Assembly (NCBI GenBank): GCA_036524935.1
Contig: DATDBK010000080.1
Span: forward strand, 17,941-81,940
Source of the DNA: Lysobacter sp.
GTDB taxonomy: Bacteria > Pseudomonadota > Gammaproteobacteria > Xanthomonadales > Xanthomonadaceae
Direction: 5' to 3'
Length of the DNA: 64,000 bases
Below the pieces are notes generated by a model. That model saw only the letters and a list, made by a program, of their open reading frames with translations. It had not been told where the DNA came from and searched no databases. The position numbers and the translations under genes were made by a program. Positions 22,040-31,774 of the stretch are shown one piece after another (within the stretch, counting starts at the first letter, position 1; the number at the start of each line of letters is the position of its first letter).

Positions 22040-22666
22040 ATGTCATCCATGACTTCTGCTCCGTACCTTCCGCCGGCCGCCGACGCGGCCGTGCTGGAGG
22101 ACCACGGCTCTTTGCGTGCCGCGCTCGTGTTCACCGCGGTGATCCTGCTCGGCTTCGGCCTGCTGTACTCGCTGGCCGGCGCGGCACTGGGGCGCGTGCT
22201 GTTCCCGCACCAGGCCACCGGCAGCATCGTGATGTTGGACGGCAAGGCCCGCGGTTCCGCGCTCGTGGCGCAACCGTTCGGCGATGCGCGTTACTTCCAG
22301 CCGCGTCCGTCTGCCGCCAACTACGACCCGATGGCCGCTTCCGGCAGTAACCTGGCGCGCAGCAATCCGGACCTGCGAAAGCGCATCGATGAGCTGCGCC
22401 AGCAGGTGGCCGAGCGCGACGGCATCGCCCCGGCGCAGGTGCCGGGCGAACTGGTCACCCAGTCTGGCGGCGGTCTCGATCCGCATCTGTCGCCGCGAGG
22501 CGCCCAGGTGCAGGTCGCACGCGTGGCCAGGGCGCGCGGCATGAGCGAGGCCGATGTCGCCGCCGTGGTCGCCGCGCATACCGAGCCGCCGCAGTTCGGC
22601 CTGCTCGGTGAGCCAAGGGTCAATGTTCTGATGGTGAACCTGGCGCTGGACGGGCTGAGCAAATAG
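22040..22666 (+). CDS. kdpC: K+-transporting ATPase subunit C
   Basis: FPHQATGS, YFQPRPS, SGSNL, SGGGLDPH, EPRVNVL. Confidence 0.95.
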   Translation: MSSMTSAPYLPPAADAAVLEDHGSLRAALVFTAVILLGFGLLYSLAGAALGRVLFPHQATGSIVMLDGKARGSALVAQPFGDARYFQPRPSAANYDPMAASGSNLARSNPDLRKRIDELRQQVAERDGIAPAQVPGELVTQSGGGLDPHLSPRGAQVQVARVARARGMSEADVAAVVAAHTEPPQFGLLGEPRVNVLMVNLALDGLSK

Positions 22667-22689
22667 GAAGGCCATCGGCCGCGTCGAAT

Positions 22690-22825
22690 CCCCGGGTGCG
22701 CTGCGCTTACCCGGGCTACATGGGAAAGGACAGTCTCGTAGCCCGGGTAAGCAACGCGCACCCGGGCCACGCAAGCAAATAAGCCGGTATGTCTCGTAGC
22801 CCGGGTAAGCAAAGCGCACCCGGGG
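22690..22825. repeat. Cluster of three GTAG-family REP palindromes between kdpC and kdpD
   Basis: 22690-22719 (minus), 22738-22766 (plus) and 22796-22825 (plus); consensus GTAGCCCGGGTAAGCnnnGCGCACCCGGG. Confidence 0.88.
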
Positions 22826-22860
22826 TTCGATGCAGCAACGGACAAAGGCACAATGACGAC

Positions 22861-25506
22861 ATGACCGACCCTCGCAGCGCGCCGCTCCGGCACCAGCAGG
22901 CAGATGCCCTCATCGGCGAACTGCAGCGCCAGGGCGCCGGTCGCCTGACGATCTTCCTCGGCGCCGCACCCGGCGTCGGCAAGACCTACGCCATGCTCAG
23001 CCGCGGGCGCGAACTGCACCGGCGCGGCCTCGATGTCGTCGTCGGCCTGGTCGAAACGCATGGCCGCGCCGAAACGGGCGCGCTGCTGGAAGGCCTTGAA
23101 CTGCTGCCGCGCAAGCGCAGCAGCCATCAGGGCCGCACGCTCGAGGAACTCGACCTCGACGCCCTGCTCGCGCGCAAGCCGGCGATTGCCCTGGTCGACG
23201 AACTCGCCCACCGCAACGTTCCCGGCAGCCGCCACGAACGGCGCTGGCAGGATGTGATCGAACTGCTCGATGCCGGCATCGATGTCTACACCACGATCAA
23301 CATCCAGCACCTGGAAAGCCTCAACGACGTCGTCCACCGGATCACCGGCGTGCGCGTCAGCGAAACCGTGCCCGATGCCGTGTTCGATCGCCTGCGCGAC
23401 ATCGTGCTGGTCGACCTGCCGCCGCGCGAACTGATCGAACGGCTGCAGCAGGGCAAGGTCTATGTGCCCGAACAGGCCGCGCAGGCGCTGCAGGCGTTCT
23501 TCTCGCCGAGCAACCTCACCGCACTGCGCGAACTGGCGATGCAGACCGCCGCCGACCGCGTCGACAGCGACCTGCGCGAAGCCCAGACCGCGCGCGGCCT
23601 GCCCGGTGTTCCGTTGCGACGCGGGGTGATGGTCGCGGTCGACGGTCGCGGCCAGTCCGAGTATCTGGTGCGCGTTGCCCGCCGCATCGCCGAGCGCCGC
23701 GATGCACCGTGGACGGTGGTGACGGTGCAGAGCGGCGAGGCCGCCGGCGAGGCTCACCAGCTCGAACTCGACCGCGCCTTCGCCCTCGCCCGGCGCCTGG
23801 GTGGCGATGCGCTGGTGCTGCACGGCAACAGCATCGTCGATGCCCTGCTCGACCAGGCGGCCCGTTCCGGTGCCAGCACGATAGTCCTCGGCCGCACCCG
23901 CGAACGCCCGGTCGCGCGCATGTTCAACCGCACCTTGACCCAGCAGCTGATCCAGCGCGGCGCGCATTACGAGCTGACCATCGTCAGCACGCCGGAGGCA
24001 CGGGCGCGTGCACGCCGCACCTGGCGGCGTCCGGGCGGATACCTCAGCGGCAGCGATACCGCGCTGGCGGTCGCGTCCGCCGCCCTCGCCACGGCGCTGG
24101 CCTGGATCGCCGAACGCTGGATCGCACTGGACGACCTGTCGCTGATCTTCATCGTCGCGGTGGTACTGGTGGCCGCGCGCACGCGCATGGCCGCCGCCGT
24201 GATCTCCGCGGTGCTGTGCTTCCTGGCCTACAACTTCTTCTTCATCGAACCGCGTTACACCCTGATGATCGGCGCGCGCCAGGGTGTGACCACGGTGGTG
24301 CTGTTCCTGATCGCGGCACTCGTCGCCGGCCGTCTTGCCTCGAAGCTGCGGATGCAGGTGCTGTCGCTGCGTGCGGCCAACGCCCAGGCGACCGCATTGC
24401 AGACGCTGGGCCGTCAGCTGGCGACCGCGGCCGACCTTGGCCAGGTCCTGCACGCCGGCCGTGACGCGTTTCGACGCGCGCTCGATGCCGATGTGGTGCT
24501 GCAGGCAGGCGAGCAGTTCCTGCACGCGGACCTGCTCGGCGAAAAGGACCGTGCGGCGGCGGACTGGGCCGTGCGCCAACGCCAGGCGTCCGGCCGTTAC
24601 ACCGACACCCTCTCCGGGTCCGAATGGTGGTTCCTGCCGCTGGCGCTGGGCGAGCGCGAAACCGGCGTGGTCGGCCTGCGCTTTCCCGCGCAGCTGCATC
24701 GCCTTGGCATCGAACAGCGCCGCCTCGCCGAAGCGATGGCCGAGGACATCGCCCAGGCCGTGGTCCGCACGCGCCTGGTCACCGACCTGGAGAACGCGCG
24801 CATCAGCAACGAAACCGAGCGCCTGCGCTCGGCGCTGCTGTCGTCGGTATCGCACGACCTGCGCTCGCCACTGGCGTCGATCATCGGTTCGGCCAGCAGC
24901 CTGGACCACTACGCCGACGCGATGAGCGCGCAGGACCGCCACAGCCTGCTCGACACCATCCGTGTCGAAGGCGAGCGCCTGGATCGCTACATCCAGAACC
25001 TGCTCGACATGACCCGGCTTGGCCACGGTGGCCTCACCCTCAATCGCGACTGGATCGGCGTGGACGAGCTGATCGGTTCGGCGGTCGCGCGCCTGCAGCG
25101 CTATGAGCCCGGGGCAACTTTCGAGATGTCGATCGAGCCCGGCCTGCGTCCGATCTGGGTGCATCCTGCGCTGGTGGAACAGGCATTGTTCAATGTGCTC
25201 GAGAACGCCGCGAAGTTCTCGCCGCCCGGCGCGGCAATCACGATCCGCGCACAGACCGTCGCCGACGACCAGCTGCGCATCGACGTGCGTGACCGCGGCC
25301 CGGGCATTCCGGAGGACGAGCGCAAGCGCATCTTCGACATGTTCTACAGCGTCGAGCGTGGCGATCGCGGCCGCCAGGGCACCGGCCTTGGACTGGCGAT
25401 CTGCCAGGGCATGATCGGCGCGCATGGCGGCAGCGTGGAAGCGCTGCCCGGTTCCGATGGTGTTGGCACCACGATCCGGATTACGCTGCCGCGGATGGAG
25501 CCATGA
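22861..25506 (+). CDS. kdpD: Sensor histidine kinase KdpD
   Basis: GAAPGVGKTYAML, LVDELAH, NIQHLESLND, Usp region, 4 TM segments, SHDLRSPL H-box, GTGLGL. Confidence 0.96.
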   Translation: MTDPRSAPLRHQQADALIGELQRQGAGRLTIFLGAAPGVGKTYAMLSRGRELHRRGLDVVVGLVETHGRAETGALLEGLELLPRKRSSHQGRTLEELDLDALLARKPAIALVDELAHRNVPGSRHERRWQDVIELLDAGIDVYTTINIQHLESLNDVVHRITGVRVSETVPDAVFDRLRDIVLVDLPPRELIERLQQGKVYVPEQAAQALQAFFSPSNLTALRELAMQTAADRVDSDLREAQTARGLPGVPLRRGVMVAVDGRGQSEYLVRVARRIAERRDAPWTVVTVQSGEAAGEAHQLELDRAFALARRLGGDALVLHGNSIVDALLDQAARSGASTIVLGRTRERPVARMFNRTLTQQLIQRGAHYELTIVSTPEARARARRTWRRPGGYLSGSDTALAVASAALATALAWIAERWIALDDLSLIFIVAVVLVAARTRMAAAVISAVLCFLAYNFFFIEPRYTLMIGARQGVTTVVLFLIAALVAGRLASKLRMQVLSLRAANAQATALQTLGRQLATAADLGQVLHAGRDAFRRALDADVVLQAGEQFLHADLLGEKDRAAADWAVRQRQASGRYTDTLSGSEWWFLPLALGERETGVVGLRFPAQLHRLGIEQRRLAEAMAEDIAQAVVRTRLVTDLENARISNETERLRSALLSSVSHDLRSPLASIIGSASSLDHYADAMSAQDRHSLLDTIRVEGERLDRYIQNLLDMTRLGHGGLTLNRDWIGVDELIGSAVARLQRYEPGATFEMSIEPGLRPIWVHPALVEQALFNVLENAAKFSPPGAAITIRAQTVADDQLRIDVRDRGPGIPEDERKRIFDMFYSVERGDRGRQGTGLGLAICQGMIGAHGGSVEALPGSDGVGTTIRITLPRMEP

Positions 25507-25522
25507 GCGCACCGGAACATCG

Positions 25523-26260
25523 ATGAGCGACACCAGACCAGCCGACGCGACCACCCCGCCCGCCCGCATCCTCGTCATCGACGACGAACCGCAGATCCGC
25601 AAGTTCCTCGACATCAGCCTGCGCGCGCAGGGCTATGCGGTGGAGAGCGCGGAGACGGGACAAGGCGGACTGGAAGCACTGGCCACGCACGGCGCCGACC
25701 TGGTCATCCTCGACCTGGGGTTGCCCGACCGCGACGGCCATGAAGTGCTGCGCGAGCTGCGCCAGTGGTCGAACGTGCCGGTGATCCTGCTGACGGTGCG
25801 TGCCGGCGAGGCCGAGAAGGTCGCCGCGCTCGATGCCGGCGCCAACGACTACGTGACCAAGCCCTTCGGCGTGCAGGAGCTGATGGCGCGGGTGCGCGCC
25901 CTGCTGCGCTCGCATGCCGCCCCGGCCGACACCCAGCCGGTGTACGACGACGGCCGCCTGCACGTCGACCTGTCGCGGCGTGAAGTGCGCCTGCAGGGCG
26001 AACCGGTGGCGCTTACGCGCAAGGAATACGCGCTGCTGACGTTGCTGATGCAGCACGCCGGGCGTGTGGTCACCCAGCCACAACTGCTGCGCGAACTCTG
26101 GGGCCCGACCCACCAGCACGACACCCATTACCTGCGCATCCTGGTCGGAAAATTGCGGCACAAGCTCGGCGACGATGCTGCGGCGCCGCAATGGATCGCG
26201 ACCGAACCCGGCGTCGGTTTGCGTTTCATCAGTCGAGAGCCGACGCAGCCGGGACATTGA
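25523..26260 (+). CDS. kdpE: Response regulator KdpE
   Basis: IDDEPQIR, LDLGLPD, DYVTKPF, HYLRILVGKLRHKL, TEPGVG. Confidence 0.93.
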   Translation: MSDTRPADATTPPARILVIDDEPQIRKFLDISLRAQGYAVESAETGQGGLEALATHGADLVILDLGLPDRDGHEVLRELRQWSNVPVILLTVRAGEAEKVAALDAGANDYVTKPFGVQELMARVRALLRSHAAPADTQPVYDDGRLHVDLSRREVRLQGEPVALTRKEYALLTLLMQHAGRVVTQPQLLRELWGPTHQHDTHYLRILVGKLRHKLGDDAAAPQWIATEPGVGLRFISREPTQPGH

Positions 26261-26306
26261 CCCGCGCCCGCGCCGGAGCTGGGGCTAGCCGGGCGAGGTG
26301 CGCTGC

Positions 26307-28130
26307 ATGGTCAACCAAGTGGAAGCGGAACGGGCGAAGACGGTCGCCTGGGCGGTGATCAAGCTGGCGTTGATCGCAGCCTACCTGCTGGGCACCAATC
26401 GCCTGCTGATCGAGCGTGTGGCGCATATCGGGCTGAAGCCCGGCCTGCTCGTGTTCGGCGCGATCTGGCTGATCTGCCTGGTGTCGATGCTGGCCCTGGC
26501 CTTCCATGCCCGCACCACGACCCGGATTGCGTGGAGCATGGCGTTCTTCCTCGCCAGCACGATGAGCCTCAGCCACGCCCTCATCGCCTCGCGCCATCTG
26601 GGCCTGTCCGAGTTCGAGCAGCTACTGGGCCTGGTCGGGTTCGCCGTCAACCTGGTCGGCTTCCACGACGCCCAGATCCTCCAAGCCGTGCTGTGGTCGC
26701 TGCTTGGGGTAGTGGCGCTGAACCTGCCGCCAGTGTTCCCGTCGCCGACATGGCTGCCGGCACCGCTGTCGTGGCCGCTGCGCAACCCCGGGCTGATGCA
26801 GCTCGCGCCGATCCTCGCCATCGCCGCGATCCTGTACCTGCGCGGCGGTGAAGGCTCCAACGGCTTCCCGGGGCAGTACAACCCGGCGGCATTCGCGTTC
26901 GTGCTCGGCGCCGAGAAAGTGCTGGAGCCAGCGACGCCACCACGCCGGGAGGTCGCGCTGGCGCATCCCGGCCAGCGCCCGTTCCGCCATGTCGTGCTGG
27001 TGATGGACGAGAGCGTGCGTGGCGACTATGTCGACATCAACGTCGACGACGGCGTCGAGACGGGCCTGCGTCCACTTGGGCCGGCCCTGTTCAATTTCGG
27101 CATCGCCGCATCGGCGGCCAACTGCTCGTCGACATCGAACGCCAGCGTCCGTTATGGCGTCACCCGCGACAACTATCTGCGTGATCTCGCGCAGAACCCG
27201 TCGTTCTGGCGTTATGCCAACCGCGCCGGTTACCGGACCATCTACGTCGACGCCCAGCGCAGCGGCGGCAAGCTGCACAATTTCATGGACGAACGCGAAC
27301 GTACCGAGATCGACGAGTTCGTGCAGATCGACCCCTCGGTGGCGCTGGACCGCAAGGACGCCACGGCGGGACGGATGCTCAACCAGATGCTGAAGCGGCC
27401 GCGTCCCAGCTTCATCTATGTCAACAAGGTCGGCTGCCACTTCCCGTACGAGGGCAAGTACCCGGGCGACAGGACGCTGTATTCGCCGACCATGCAACGG
27501 ACCTACTTCAGTAATGAAGTCGATCCCGATGTCGCCAGCCAGCCACAGACGTCGGGGACGTCGGGGACATCCGGTTCTGGTTCCGAGGCACGCTGGCGCC
27601 AGGTCAACAGTTACCGCAACTGCGTGGCCTGGAACACCCGCGAGTTCTTCCGTGAGCTGCTCGCAGATGCCCCGCTCGACGACACGCTGATCCTGTACAC
27701 CGCCGATCACGGGCAGAACTTCGGCGAGAACGGCTCGTCGGGCGCGCAGACGCACTGCACGATCGGCGCGGCCGCTGCCGGCGAAGGCCGCGTGCCGCTG
27801 GTGGCGATCACCCGTCATGCCGGCATGGCGGCGCAGTTGCGCAGCGCCGCCAACGACAATCGCGACAAGGCCAGCCACTTCAACCTCTATCCGACCGTGC
27901 TGCGGGCGATGGGCTACGGCACGCCGGGCGCGATCGACGGGTTCGAACCGGACCTCTTCGCCAGCCTGCCCGGCGACAACCAGCGATTCCTTTCGACCTA
28001 CTTCGTCCGCTTCGGCCGCGAACCGGTGTGGAATTCGCTTGGCACGCCCGCGCAGCTGCGCGATGGCCTGCAGCAGGCGCTGGCCGGGGATGTCACGGTG
28101 GTTGAAGGCACCGGCAGCGGCTCGCCCTGA
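26307..28130 (+). CDS. Membrane-anchored alkaline-phosphatase/sulfatase-superfamily protein (EptA/LtaS-like architecture)
   Basis: About 5 N-terminal TM segments, VLVMDESVRGD, GCHFPY, LYTADHGQ, SHFNLYPT motifs. Confidence 0.75.
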   Translation: MVNQVEAERAKTVAWAVIKLALIAAYLLGTNRLLIERVAHIGLKPGLLVFGAIWLICLVSMLALAFHARTTTRIAWSMAFFLASTMSLSHALIASRHLGLSEFEQLLGLVGFAVNLVGFHDAQILQAVLWSLLGVVALNLPPVFPSPTWLPAPLSWPLRNPGLMQLAPILAIAAILYLRGGEGSNGFPGQYNPAAFAFVLGAEKVLEPATPPRREVALAHPGQRPFRHVVLVMDESVRGDYVDINVDDGVETGLRPLGPALFNFGIAASAANCSSTSNASVRYGVTRDNYLRDLAQNPSFWRYANRAGYRTIYVDAQRSGGKLHNFMDERERTEIDEFVQIDPSVALDRKDATAGRMLNQMLKRPRPSFIYVNKVGCHFPYEGKYPGDRTLYSPTMQRTYFSNEVDPDVASQPQTSGTSGTSGSGSEARWRQVNSYRNCVAWNTREFFRELLADAPLDDTLILYTADHGQNFGENGSSGAQTHCTIGAAAAGEGRVPLVAITRHAGMAAQLRSAANDNRDKASHFNLYPTVLRAMGYGTPGAIDGFEPDLFASLPGDNQRFLSTYFVRFGREPVWNSLGTPAQLRDGLQQALAGDVTVVEGTGSGSP

Positions 28131-28154
28131 GGCCAGCCGGGGAATGCCCGGGGT

Positions 28155-28231
28155 TCAGACTCACGCGAGCCGGGCGACGGCTCAGACTCCCGCGAGCCGC
28201 GCAAAGACTTCAGACTCCCGCGAGCCGCGCA
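28155..28231. repeat. Three direct copies of TCAGACTC(C/A)CGCGAGCCG, the galE 3' end
   Basis: Copies start at 28155, 28182 and 28210 (periods 27 and 28 bp). Confidence 0.85.
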
Positions 28232-29292
28232 ACGGCTCGACGCGGCCGCTCCGTGCGCGGGGCCGGGACGCGCCGCAACGGCGACCGGTAGCCCTGCGGG
28301 TTCGTCGCCTGCCAGTGCCAGGCATCGCGGCACATCGCATCGACGTCATATTCCGCGCGCCAGCCCAGCAGTTCCTGGGCAAGGGTGGGATCGGCGAACA
28401 CTTCGGCCGAGTCACCCGGCCGGCGTTCGACGATCTGGTACGGAATCCGGCGACCGCTGGCGCGTTCGAAGGCATGCACCAGTTCCAGCACGCTGACGCC
28501 GCGGCCGGTACCGAGGTTGACGGTGAAGCCGCGATCAGCGCCGACCATGTACTCGAGCGCGTCGGCATGCGCCCGCGCCAGGTCGACCACGTGGATGTAG
28601 TCGCGCACCCCGGTGCCGTCGACCGTGGGGTAGTCGTTGCCGAACACGCGCAGGCAGTCGCGCTGGCCCACCGCGACCTGGCAGATGTACGGCATCAGGT
28701 TGTTGGGTTCGCCAGACGGGTCTTCGCCGATCAGGCCGGAAGGATGCGCGCCGACCGGATTGAAGTAGCGCAGGTTGGCCGCGCGGAAATACCCGTCCGA
28801 CCGGCACAGGTCTTCGATCAGTTGCTCGGCGACCAGTTTGGTGCGCCCATAGGGATTGAGGGCCTGCAGGCCGGCATCCTCGCGCACCGGGACCTGGCTG
28901 GGATCTCCATAGACGGTGGCCGAGGAGCTGAACACCAGCCGGCGCACCCCGGCCTCCTGCATCACCTGCAGCAGCGCGATGGTGCCGCCGATGTTGTTGT
29001 CGAAATAGTCCAGCGGCTTGCGGCATGACTCCCCCACCGCCTTGAGAGCGGCGAAGTGCAAGACCGCGTCGAAGCGATAGGTGGCGAACAGCGCCGCCAT
29101 CGCGCGGCGGTCACGGATATCGACCCGATGCAATGACACCGGTGCGCCAACCAGTCGCTGCAGGCGTTGCATGACGCGCGGCGAACTGTTCACGCCACTG
29201 TCGGCGATGACCACGTGGTGGCCGCGTTCGCACAGGGTCACGCAGGTATGGCTGCCGATATAGCCAGCTCCGCCGCAAACGAGGATTCGCAC
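28210..29292 (-). CDS. galE: UDP-glucose 4-epimerase
   Basis: GGAGYIGSH, HFAALKAVGES, FSSSATVYG, YGRTK, LRYFNPVGAH, GVRDYIHV; GTG start inferred. Confidence 0.93.
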   Translation of the reverse strand: MRILVCGGAGYIGSHTCVTLCERGHHVVIADSGVNSSPRVMQRLQRLVGAPVSLHRVDIRDRRAMAALFATYRFDAVLHFAALKAVGESCRKPLDYFDNNIGGTIALLQVMQEAGVRRLVFSSSATVYGDPSQVPVREDAGLQALNPYGRTKLVAEQLIEDLCRSDGYFRAANLRYFNPVGAHPSGLIGEDPSGEPNNLMPYICQVAVGQRDCLRVFGNDYPTVDGTGVRDYIHVVDLARAHADALEYMVGADRGFTVNLGTGRGVSVLELVHAFERASGRRIPYQIVERRPGDSAEVFADPTLAQELLGWRAEYDVDAMCRDAWHWQATNPQGYRSPLRRVPAPRTERPRRAVARLAGV

Positions 29293-29585
29293 GGGATGTC
29301 CTGGTTGGAAGTCGTGGCCGGACGGCACCAGCACCCTGCGCCGCGGTGCCGGCAGGCTGCTCCCCAGACGTCGGGCAATTCCTCCGTCCTGATGGTTCGA
29401 ACGCAGAACACCGGCATTTCCGGCAGCGCCGGCGACACCTTCATGCGAATGCACCGCCCAGGCGCCGGATTCGGCAAGAGGACGCGCGTGAAGGCAACTC
29501 GTGCTCCCTCCAGGTCGCTCGTCGATGGCCGGATCGGGCACTTCCCGCCGTTGGATTGACACGAATGCAAGGGGGGCTCATTGCC

Positions 29586-30203
29586 ATGCGCTTGATCCAC
29601 GTCGTCCAGACTGTCTGCCTGATCCTGTTCCTTTCCGCGTGCGCGTCATCCGGTGGCAGCGCCACCGCGCCGCCTCCCAGCAGCGAGAACTCCGTCGACT
29701 CCTACCAGATCGGCATCGACGACATCGTCCAAGTGTCGGTCTGGCGCAATCCCGAGCTGGGCATCACCGTTCCGGTGCGCCCGGACGGCAAGATCTCGGT
29801 ACCTCTGATCGGCGACGTCGCCGCCGGCGGCCGTACCCCGGCCGAAGTCGCCAAGGACATCCAGACCCGCCTGGCGGTGTTCGTGCGCGACCCGCAGGTC
29901 GCGGTGATCCTCACCGACCTGCGCAGCCACGAGTACCTGTCGCGGGTCCGCGTGACCGGCGCGGTGCGCCAGCCGATCTCGATCCCCTATCGCCAGGGCA
30001 TGACCGTGCTCGACGCCGTGCTCGCCGCCGGGGGCGTCACCGAGTTCGCCGCGCCGGCGAAGTCGGACCTGTACCGCAAGTCCGGTGAAAGCACGCGCAG
30101 CTACGCCGTGCGCCTCGACCACATCCTCGAGGACGGCGACCTGTCCACCAACTTCAAGGTCGCCCCCGGCGACGTGATCACTGTTCCGGAACGCACGCTA
30201 TGA
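29586..30203 (+). CDS. Short OPX (Wza-like) polysaccharide export lipoprotein
   Basis: Lipobox LSAC, PES motif VRPDGKISVPLIG, SLBB domain; ends PGDVITVPERTL at about 205 aa. Confidence 0.9.
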   Translation: MRLIHVVQTVCLILFLSACASSGGSATAPPPSSENSVDSYQIGIDDIVQVSVWRNPELGITVPVRPDGKISVPLIGDVAAGGRTPAEVAKDIQTRLAVFVRDPQVAVILTDLRSHEYLSRVRVTGAVRQPISIPYRQGMTVLDAVLAAGGVTEFAAPAKSDLYRKSGESTRSYAVRLDHILEDGDLSTNFKVAPGDVITVPERTL

Positions 30204-31774
30204 ACGGATCGATGGAACTCTCCGTACCGGAGTCGCGGCCGTCGATGGTGGCCACGCTCGGCCCCGTCGCGATCGAGGAATGCCGGCGCCACCCGGTGCT
30301 GCTGGCCAGCATCTTCGCCTTCATCGCGCTGTCGGCGCTGGCGTTCGGCCTGCTGCTTCCAAAGAAGTACAACTCGCAGACGACGATCCTGGTCGAGGAA
30401 AGCAACATCATCAAGCCGCTGATGGAAGGCCGCGCGGTCCCGACCGGCGTGTCCAGCCGCGCCGGCATCACCCGCGAGGTTGCCTTCAGCCGCAAGGTGA
30501 TGGACGAGATCCTCGAGACCGGCGGCTGGCTCAAGAGCCATCCGTCGCCGCTGGCGCGCGAACAGCTGATCGAGCAGATCACCAGCCGCACGATCATTTC
30601 CAACCCGCGCGAGAACCTGATCCGCGTGTCGTACGTCGACACCGACGCCGGCCGCGCCCACGACGTCACCAAGCGCTTCGCCGAGCTGATCATCAGCGAG
30701 AGCCTCGCCACCAAGGAGCGCGAAAGCCGCGAGGCCTACGAGTTCATCGATTCGCAGGTCAAGCAGTACCACAAGAAACTCACCGACGCCGAGACCAAGC
30801 TCGAGATGTACCGCAAGTCCAACCCGGACGCGCGACAGGGCATCGAAGGCGACGTCAACTCGCGCATCGGCGAGCTGCGCCGGATGGTCGACAGCTCGCG
30901 CATGGAACTGATGGACCTCAATTCCCAGGGCGACGCGTTGACGGCGCAGCTCAACGGCGAGAACGAGATCAGCGTCGTGCAGACCCGCTCCGGGCAGCTG
31001 CTGGCACGCATGGCCGAGTTGCAGAACGAGAAAGACCGGCTCCTGATGAACTACACCGACCAGCACCCGGACGTGGTCCGCGTGGAGCACCAGCTGCGCG
31101 ACCTGGAAGACGAAGTGCGCCGTGAAGATGCGAACCAGCTGGCGCAGAAGAATGGCGCGGCGAAGACGCTCGATGGCCCGGCTTCGTTCAACCCGCTTTA
31201 CGGGGAGCTGAAGAGCAAGTCCGCCGAGAACCGCCGCCGCAGTGCCGCGATCAACTCGCGCATCGCCACCAGCCAGGCGCTGCTGGACCAGGAACTGGCG
31301 CGCAGCCGCCACATTGCGGCGTCGGAAAGCACGCTGGCCGAGCTGTCGCGTGACTACGAAGTCAACCGCGAGCTTTACCAGGACCTGCTCAAGCGTCGCG
31401 AAAATGCCCGCGTGTCGATGGGCCTGGACGCCGAACAGCGTGGCCTGAGCTTCCGCATCCAGGAACCGGCCAGCTACCCGCTGCGCGGCGTCGGCCTGCG
31501 CCTCACCCACGTCGCCAGTGCCGGCCTCGGCGCCGCCACGCTGGCGCCGCTGATCCTGCTGCTGGGCTTCGTCCGCCTCGATCCGCGCGTGCGCTCGCCG
31601 CACCAGATCGAAAGCATGGCGGCATTGCCCGTGCTTGGCGCGGTGCCGCGTTACCAGACCACGCCGGTACGTCGCCAGGGCAACCGGCGCTTCGTGGTCG
31701 CCGCGATGATCTTCCTGCTGGTGCCGGCTCTGTACGGCCTGACCCTGATCGCCAAGATGGTGCAAATCCCATGA
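30200..31774 (+). CDS. Polysaccharide copolymerase / chain-length determinant (Wzc N-terminal part)
   Basis: N-terminal TM + PKKYNS, long coiled coil, YTDQHPDV, IQEPASYP, C-terminal TMs, LPVLGAVP. Confidence 0.88.
   Translation: MNGSMELSVPESRPSMVATLGPVAIEECRRHPVLLASIFAFIALSALAFGLLLPKKYNSQTTILVEESNIIKPLMEGRAVPTGVSSRAGITREVAFSRKVMDEILETGGWLKSHPSPLAREQLIEQITSRTIISNPRENLIRVSYVDTDAGRAHDVTKRFAELIISESLATKERESREAYEFIDSQVKQYHKKLTDAETKLEMYRKSNPDARQGIEGDVNSRIGELRRMVDSSRMELMDLNSQGDALTAQLNGENEISVVQTRSGQLLARMAELQNEKDRLLMNYTDQHPDVVRVEHQLRDLEDEVRREDANQLAQKNGAAKTLDGPASFNPLYGELKSKSAENRRRSAAINSRIATSQALLDQELARSRHIAASESTLAELSRDYEVNRELYQDLLKRRENARVSMGLDAEQRGLSFRIQEPASYPLRGVGLRLTHVASAGLGAATLAPLILLLGFVRLDPRVRSPHQIESMAALPVLGAVPRYQTTPVRRQGNRRFVVAAMIFLLVPALYGLTLIAKMVQIP

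Noticed and set aside
28155-28231. Possible mini-CRISPR array (also considered for 11595-11652 and 22690-22825)
   Set aside because: Spacers are absent or too short and irregular, there are only 2-3 units, and no cas genes are present; the 22.7-kb copies are REP-like with mixed orientation.
29293-29585. Sigma-54 promoter expected for PEP-CTERM-type EPS loci
   Set aside because: I found no convincing TGGCAC-N5-TTGC with correct spacing by eye, here or at 62400-62700.
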